A stretch of DNA of 64,000 nucleotides, from NCBI GenBank assembly GCA_037310415.1, contig CP147780.1, forward strand, positions 1,472,001 to 1,536,000, read 5' to 3'. The stretch's first letter is position 1, and the number at the start of each line of letters is the position of its first letter. Positions 58,190-64,000 of the stretch are shown piece by piece. The DNA comes from Candidatus Atabeyarchaeum deiterrae (GTDB lineage: Archaea; Asgardarchaeota; Atabeyarchaeia; Atabeyarchaeales; Atabeyarchaeaceae). The position numbers and the translations under genes are program-made. Under the pieces are notes generated by a model. The model was not told the DNA's origin, did not search any database, and was given only the letters and a program-made list of their open reading frames with translations.

Positions 58190-59287
58190 TTGCTATACTT
58201 TGTCATCTTAACTCAAAAATGTAACTTGCGATGCACTTACTGTGGCTACGGAGAAGATGACGACGAATCAACACCTTCCGAAGTCAACTACACAGTCGAG
58301 GACCTCAGGAAGTTCATTATGCAAGACCCAGAAGCATCAATCATATTCTATGGCGGCGAACCCCTACTTCGCCTCCCGCTCATGCAGACAATAATGAACT
58401 CGATTCACGCCAAGAGATACATGCTCCAGACAAATGCGTTCGGACTAGAAAACTTGAAAACCGAGTACCTGCGTAGATTTGACGCCATACTTGTTTCGAT
58501 CGACGGTCGAAAAGAAACAACGGATTACTACCGAGGAAACGGAGCCTATGACAAGATCACTGGAAACCTGAAACTGGCGAGGAAAAGAGGATACTCAGGT
58601 GACCTCATAGCCAGGATGACTGTATCTGAGCGGACTGACATATTCCTTGACGTAATGCATCTTCTTGAACTCAAGGATCCGAAGTTCGATCATGTTCACT
58701 GGCAACTTGACGCTCTCTGGGATTATCCACCAGAGGTACGTTGGAGAGATTTCAAAAAGTGGATGACTGATTCGTACTGTCCAGGGATTGTGAAGCTTGC
58801 AAGAACTTGGGGTGACACGATTTACGTGGAGAAAAAGGTTCTCCCCATAGTACCATTCATGGGTGTGCTCTGGACCATTCTTAATGATGGAAAAGTAGGT
58901 TTAAGATGTGGCTCTGGAATTGGCTCATTTGCAGTCACCACCTCTGGCGTTATAACGGTCTGCCCGATAGCGCCGGAATGGGAGTTCGCCAAGGTGGGAG
59001 ATATTTTTCAAAGTAGACCACAGGATCTTCCTGGCAAGGTTGTGGTAGGTACTCCATGCACTGAATGCGACACGTCTGACATATGCGGCGGTAGGTGCCT
59101 CTTCACAAATAAGACCAAACTATGGGGTGAGACAGGATTCGGCGAGGTTTGCAAGCCCACGAAGATCATGATTAATGAACTCGCAAAACTGAAAACCAAA
59201 ATCATAGAAATGATCATAGAGAAGAAGGCATCAAGAGAAGACTTCAACTATCCCACATTCAATAACGGTCTCGAAATCATACCATAG
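58190..59287 (+). CDS. radical SAM/SPASM protein (archaeal TIGR04084-like)
   Basis: CNLRCTYC, FYGGEP, DLIARMT, HVHWQL, CGSG, CxxCxxxxxCGGRC and C-terminal EIIP. Confidence 0.85.
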   Translation: MLYFVILTQKCNLRCTYCGYGEDDDESTPSEVNYTVEDLRKFIMQDPEASIIFYGGEPLLRLPLMQTIMNSIHAKRYMLQTNAFGLENLKTEYLRRFDAILVSIDGRKETTDYYRGNGAYDKITGNLKLARKRGYSGDLIARMTVSERTDIFLDVMHLLELKDPKFDHVHWQLDALWDYPPEVRWRDFKKWMTDSYCPGIVKLARTWGDTIYVEKKVLPIVPFMGVLWTILNDGKVGLRCGSGIGSFAVTTSGVITVCPIAPEWEFAKVGDIFQSRPQDLPGKVVVGTPCTECDTSDICGGRCLFTNKTKLWGETGFGEVCKPTKIMINELAKLKTKIIEMIIEKKASREDFNYPTFNNGLEIIP

Positions 59288-59355
59288 CACTGAATAAGCT
59301 CGTTGTCTCCGTTGAAAATGCGGCGCTATCATAATACGACTCCTTAACCCACGCT

Positions 59356-60267
59356 TCATCTAGGGCTCCTCCCCATTACAGTTGGATTCTCAGGGTGACA
59401 CGTCCACTCAGTAAACGAGCCTTCATATAGTCTGACACTAGGATAGCATAAATACCACTTCAAAACGGCGAAACTAAGTGACGCAGAGCGACCGGATCCG
59501 CAGGAACAGATGACCATTTTCTCTGGCTTGATACCCTTTTTATCTATTGCGGATCTTATCTCGGTCATTGGCTTCAGCAGTCTCCTGTTATTTTCATCCA
59601 TAAGGTCGGTCCAAGGTAAGTTTATCGCGCCAGGAATATGGCCCAATTTGATCCAGGGACCTTCGCCTTCATAATGACGCGAAACTCGCGTGTCAAGATG
59701 AATAACGTCTTTCCGATCCTTAACAGCCTTGAAATCCTCATATTCCAAGAAATGGTCGGAGTTCACTTTAGCCTTGAATTTGGATACGATAGGTTCGGGA
59801 AAGACTTTTGTTAGCGTTTTTCCTTCACCTTTCCACTTGTCCAAACCACCATCAAGTATGTACACCTTGTTGTGTCCGAAACGCAACAACGTGTAGGCAA
59901 CCACGTACTGCTCATACCCATCGCCCTGGACCTTGAAATTGCCTGCGCTTGTGTACACAATTGCAGGTTGATCGGTCTTTAGACCTATGTTGCGTACAAC
60001 ACTTTCGAAGACCTCTGGGCACACATACTGATTCGGCACGCCTTTCAGAGGCGCTCTAAACAGCTTCTCGCTCAAATATGCCGCGCCTGGAACATGTTCA
60101 TCAATGTAATCATGCATGTCGGGCTGCGCATCAATAATCGTGAGACCAGCGTTCAAGTGCTCCTCCAACCAGTCGGTGGAAACCCATTTAACCCCGCCCG
60201 CTCCCGGAGGGTATGGAAAGTTCTCCAATATCCGTTCACTCCTTTCACATATGCTTGAGGACCTCAA
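59356..60267 (-). CDS. tandem-domain sulfurtransferase (rhodanese)
   Basis: VSTDWL, HVPGA, LDGG..KW, GHIPGA, CGSGRSA active loop and YEGSFTEW. Confidence 0.92.
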   Translation of the reverse strand: MRSSSICERSERILENFPYPPGAGGVKWVSTDWLEEHLNAGLTIIDAQPDMHDYIDEHVPGAAYLSEKLFRAPLKGVPNQYVCPEVFESVVRNIGLKTDQPAIVYTSAGNFKVQGDGYEQYVVAYTLLRFGHNKVYILDGGLDKWKGEGKTLTKVFPEPIVSKFKAKVNSDHFLEYEDFKAVKDRKDVIHLDTRVSRHYEGEGPWIKLGHIPGAINLPWTDLMDENNRRLLKPMTEIRSAIDKKGIKPEKMVICSCGSGRSASLSFAVLKWYLCYPSVRLYEGSFTEWTCHPENPTVMGRSPR

Positions 60268-60457
60268 CTATTTGACCAATAGGGGTTCGGTGCCTATCTT
60301 AACTTTGCTGAGGCTTCTCTTCTCGGTCAAGTTATATCGCCGATTATGGTTAACCTTAAATACCCGCGAAACCGCTCAAAGTCTGAACATCTAAGGCTTT
60401 CAAAACGGTTATTGATCCTGCCGCTCGGCAGGTATTGCTGTAAGGTGAAGAAACAAC

Positions 60458-60925
60458 ATGGCCGAATACAAACGAGGAATAGAAGCAGGAATTCTCGCTG
60501 GACTAATCGAGGGGATAATTGCTGGCATACTATTTTACGCATTGTATCAGTTTTTGTTCACAGACATGATTGCTGCAGCGCAAGCGGATGCTGTTTCGCA
60601 TGGGTATAGTGGACCTGCGCTTCAAGCATACATGAGTACGTGGGTCGGGAATGCCTCGCTAATCATGTTAGTAATCCAGTTCATTGGCGCGGTAGTATGG
60701 GGCGTAATTATCGGCTCGATCTACGCTAATGCCTACAAGCCAGTCGCAGGCGGCTCAATTGTCAAGGGCATCATCCTTGGGTTCATCTTCTGGATACTTG
60801 TTCTGATACCATCTTTCTCTTACGTCACCGCCATACTATACGATATCATAAGTATGTTGCTCGGAGTGTTCTTGTTCGGCGTACTCATTGGATTCTTCTG
60901 GGACAAATTGGGCGGGAAGAAGTAG
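60458..60925 (+). CDS. hypothetical membrane protein (about 4 TM)
   Basis: Gly-rich hydrophobic helices; GGTGA RBS. Confidence 0.7.
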   Translation: MAEYKRGIEAGILAGLIEGIIAGILFYALYQFLFTDMIAAAQADAVSHGYSGPALQAYMSTWVGNASLIMLVIQFIGAVVWGVIIGSIYANAYKPVAGGSIVKGIILGFIFWILVLIPSFSYVTAILYDIISMLLGVFLFGVLIGFFWDKLGGKK

Positions 60926-61340
60926 ACGGTCAATCGTCGTCGGGACAGGAATGTCCAATCCTCTTTTTTCATGTTTGTTGAATCCAGAAGTGGAAAGACT
61001 ATCTCAGCGTTGGAATCCGATTGGGATTCGTGGGCGAATATGCTGAAGAGAGAACCAGTTCCTCTTTGTTGGAGATGGGTCGCACCGAAGAGAGCAACCC
61101 ATGGTGTTTCCTCAACAGAAAGCTTTTTATTAATGCATCTGACTATCTAATGCGATATTCAGAAGACGTAATGACGATTTTCCATTTGTATAATCTGGAT
61201 GAGTAACATCCTTCCGAATCACTCACTAATTGAATAATGTTACGCAAGTAATATCCCTGAGCATTGATGGACATACGGAAGACCGCACCAAAAGATGGAA
61301 ATCTTGGTTTCAGCCTGACGGTTGTGGAGGTAGACACACG

Positions 61341-62036
61341 ATGTCAGATCAATTCGTGGTAGAAGCGCACAACTTAAAGAAGATCTACAAGTTGGGCAAG
61401 ACTGAAGTTCAGGCTTTAAGAGGCATAGACTTCACAGTCTCGGCAGGCGAGTTCATAGCTGTAATGGGCGTCTCAGGCAGTGGGAAATCAACACTTCTGC
61501 AGCTACTAGGAGGACTCGACCGCCCTTCAGGAGGAACCATAAAGATCGATGGCGTGGACATATCAACTCTGAAAGACAACCAGTTGGCTGAGATCAGATC
61601 AAAGAAGATCGGCTTCGTTTTCCAATTCTTCAACCTGCTGAATAGAGTAACAGCGCTGAGAAACGTACGACTACCATTGGAGATCGCTGGAGTATCAGGC
61701 AAGGAAGCGGAGAGTCGAGCACTAAAGATGTTGGGTGTAGTTGGTCTCAAGGGGAGAGCCAATCACCGCCCCACGGAGCTGAGCGGCGGCGAACAGCAAC
61801 GAGTGGCAATAGCTCGCGCGCTGATAAATAACCCGAGAATAATCCTAGCAGATGAGCCCACAGGCAACTTGGACAGCAAGACGGGCTCAGATATATTGCA
61901 GTTACTTAAACGAATAAACAAGCAAAACAATCAGACGATCGTCATCGTGTCACACGACTCGCGTGTAGCTGGACTCGCAGACAGGACACTTAGTCTAAAG
62001 GACGGACAAATACTAAATGAGAAAACAAACAGGTAG
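61341..62036 (+). CDS. ABC transporter ATP-binding protein (MacB/LolD type)
   Basis: [35 protein letters not shown] and SHD; GGAGG before ATG 61341. Confidence 0.95.
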   Translation: MSDQFVVEAHNLKKIYKLGKTEVQALRGIDFTVSAGEFIAVMGVSGSGKSTLLQLLGGLDRPSGGTIKIDGVDISTLKDNQLAEIRSKKIGFVFQFFNLLNRVTALRNVRLPLEIAGVSGKEAESRALKMLGVVGLKGRANHRPTELSGGEQQRVAIARALINNPRIILADEPTGNLDSKTGSDILQLLKRINKQNNQTIVIVSHDSRVAGLADRTLSLKDGQILNEKTNR

Positions 62037-62069
62037 GCTCACTAGTCGATGCAGCAATGAGAACGGAGG

Positions 62070-63356
62070 TTGCGTTTGCAAATGAGGAAGAGAAGTATAG
62101 TCTCGATGTCTTTCAGCGCCCTGAAACAAAGAAAGCTGAGAACCAGCCTGACAACCCTGGGAATAGTTGTCGGAATAATGACAATAGTAGCAATATCTTC
62201 CCTCAGCGGAGGCTTTCAAACACAAATCACTGGTATGCTTACAAGCGGTTTTGAAACTGACGTGATCACTGTCAACTCGGGCTCGATCTTAGGTGGAGGC
62301 GGAGTCACTATCGTGCAGCAGGATGTGCAAAACATAAGCCACATTTCAGGGGTCAAGGTTGCAACGGGAATGATTCAGACGTCGGTCAAGATATTCGAGG
62401 GCAACAGAAACGTCTCAACAGCCATATATGGGGTAAACTTCACTGAATTCTTCGAGATATATCAGAGTAAACTATCCTTCGCTAGCGGTTCCTTGCCAAA
62501 CCCAGTCACTAACGATACAGTGATTCTTGGGTACAGTGATAATCCAATAGCAACCGTAGGCCAGAATGTGTCAGTGCAGTTCTTCATAAGTGGGATCATT
62601 GGAAACAAGAACCTTACAAATGTGAAAGTCGCTGGAGCCTTCAACAAAGTTGGCTTCGCTGGACTAACAATAATAGATGGAGCAGCGTTTGTTCCTTTAG
62701 ATACAATAACGAGTTTCTATAGTAAATACAACAAAACTAGAAATCTCGACACGGTCTTAGTGAAGGTCTTAGATGCAAACAAGGCAGAACAGATCGGAGA
62801 TCAGATTAAGAGCTATTTTGGCAACCAAGCGACTGTCATAGTTCCATCTAGCTTCATACAAACGATGCAGAGGATCCTCAATATTGTAACCATCTTCTTG
62901 CTGGGAATCGGATCGATCGCTCTGCTCGTTGCTGGGATAGGCATAATGAACATAATGACGGTTGCCGTTATGGAGAGAACCCGAGAGATCGGTATACTAA
63001 AGGCATTGGGAGCAAAGAATAGGACGGTGCTAGCGCAATTTCTCACAGAAGCAGCCTTAATAGGCCTGATCGGGGGTCTAATAGCAATTCCCGCTGGAAT
63101 AGGCGTCGCCTATATTATGGGAAGAGTGCTGCCAGGACTATTCTCATCGCAGACGATGGGAGGCACATTCGGCGGCGGTGGCGGCGGAGGATCAATCTTT
63201 GGCAATGGAGGAGATTTCGTCCTTACCCCTGTTATTGACCCGATGAACATGTTGATTGCAATATCGTTTGGTCTCATCATCACGGTAGTCTTCGCACTCT
63301 ACCCAGCTCGCAAGGCTTCGAAACTTCACCCTGTGCAGGCACTTAGATATGAATAA
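62070..63356 (+). CDS. ABC transporter permease (MacB/FtsX type)
   Basis: KLRTSLTTLGIVVG, GIGIMNIM..AVMERTREIGILKALGA and YPARKASKL.PVQALRYE. Confidence 0.95.
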   Translation: MRLQMRKRSIVSMSFSALKQRKLRTSLTTLGIVVGIMTIVAISSLSGGFQTQITGMLTSGFETDVITVNSGSILGGGGVTIVQQDVQNISHISGVKVATGMIQTSVKIFEGNRNVSTAIYGVNFTEFFEIYQSKLSFASGSLPNPVTNDTVILGYSDNPIATVGQNVSVQFFISGIIGNKNLTNVKVAGAFNKVGFAGLTIIDGAAFVPLDTITSFYSKYNKTRNLDTVLVKVLDANKAEQIGDQIKSYFGNQATVIVPSSFIQTMQRILNIVTIFLLGIGSIALLVAGIGIMNIMTVAVMERTREIGILKALGAKNRTVLAQFLTEAALIGLIGGLIAIPAGIGVAYIMGRVLPGLFSSQTMGGTFGGGGGGGSIFGNGGDFVLTPVIDPMNMLIAISFGLIITVVFALYPARKASKLHPVQALRYE

Positions 63357-63508
63357 GGCGCACCACCGAGAATTCAGCTGGAAAGCTGCTAGTGCAAACA
63401 ACACCCTTGCCTTGGGGAACTGAGGAGGCTCCTCTAAGCCTCCACCAAATTTCTTCTGGTCGTTGTTCTGCTTTTATGACAATACTTGGAAAGGAGGTGC
63501 GCTGGTCT

Positions 63509-64000
63509 CTATTCTGCAACTTCTCGCACTCTGAGCTGATTAGAAATGTACCAAATTACGTCGCTAGGTGTAATCTTGACTCCGAGTTTTCCCCCAATCT
63601 GATAAGCCTTAACGAATTTAGCGGCCCAGATTGTCTTGAATCTACCAACCTCTGTCGGGAACTCCCTCAGCTTTCTGACCTCCTCTTCGGTCAGATTACA
63701 TCCTTCTCTTAGTGCAACTCTCCGGGATATTTCTGTTTCCAACCCTTCTTTGTGGGTAGTCGAGATCTTTTCTGTGAACTCAGTTAGCTTTCCCTTCGTT
63801 GCTGCGTTCTCCCATTGGCTTATTAGCTCCGAGATGACTATCCTCAAGGCTTCATAGATTGGGGTTGACGCTATTCCCCTGTCAATTAAACTATGTATAA
63901 TCGGGTTTAAAGTGTAACGTGTCTTGACATTGAGAAGACCCAACTGACTTGGGACCCGTGCCATTGTTCTGGGGTTCTGGTCGCTCAGCCTCGCGGTGAC
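63509..64000 (-). CDS. hypothetical protein, possibly truncated by the window edge
   Basis: The frame is open from 64000 to the stop at 63509; internal ATG at 63964. Confidence 0.55.
   Translation of the reverse strand, partial: VTARLSDQNPRTMARVPSQLGLLNVKTRYTLNPIIHSLIDRGIASTPIYEALRIVISELISQWENAATKGKLTEFTEKISTTHKEGLETEISRRVALREGCNLTEEEVRKLREFPTEVGRFKTIWAAKFVKAYQIGGKLGVKITPSDVIWYISNQLRVREVAE

Noticed and set aside
39825-60267. Selenocysteine/pyrrolysine recoding (in-frame TGA/TAG, SECIS, suppressor tRNA)
   Set aside because: The redox genes are uninterrupted Cys versions and the tRNA anticodon is GCA. No readthrough candidate was seen.
63158-63212. GGC-rich repeat in the ABC permease
   Set aside because: In-frame poly-Gly loop, common in MacB-type permeases.
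1-64000. CRISPR array or cas genes; rRNA
   Set aside because: No regularly spaced repeats and no Cas or rRNA signatures were seen. TnpB has IS ends rather than an array.

Overview
An archaeal chromosomal window. Evidence for archaeal origin: BRE/TATA promoters, GGTGA/GGAGG ribosome-binding sites, TrmB regulators, an MtxX-family gene and a tRNA with bulge-helix-bulge introns. The lineage (e.g. Asgard or Bathyarchaeia) cannot be decided from this sequence alone. Most genes are housekeeping, metabolic or stress-related: two P-type ATPases, uvrC, acyl-CoA dehydrogenase, adk, 4-hydroxybutyryl-CoA dehydratase, kbl/tdh, catalase with a Fur/PerR regulator, bacterial-type thrS, peroxiredoxin, rhodaneses, a radical SAM/SPASM enzyme and a MacB-type ABC transporter. 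The most notable structures were read directly from the DNA. (1) A 6,159-bp single-transposase IS6-like cargo transposon (43170-49328) with terminal inverted repeats, an exact 8-bp target duplication (TGGATTTC) and a third internal end. It carries RHH/ParB-like genes on one arm and a Panacea-like/Zn-finger RelE toxin-antitoxin pair plus a PD-(D/E)XK nuclease on the other, and sits just upstream of a tRNA promoter. (2) A two-intron tRNA-Cys(GCA) heading two tandem, diverged cysteinyl-tRNA synthetases that share a 71-bp identical tract. (3) A tnpB-only IS200/IS605 element whose end structures predict a CTAG target motif. (4) A complete NHEJ operon (PolDom, Ku, ligase-PE fusion, DUF72). (5) A GH1-fold protein with both catalytic glutamates replaced by aspartate. 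Product calls come from motif recognition only; no database searches were run.
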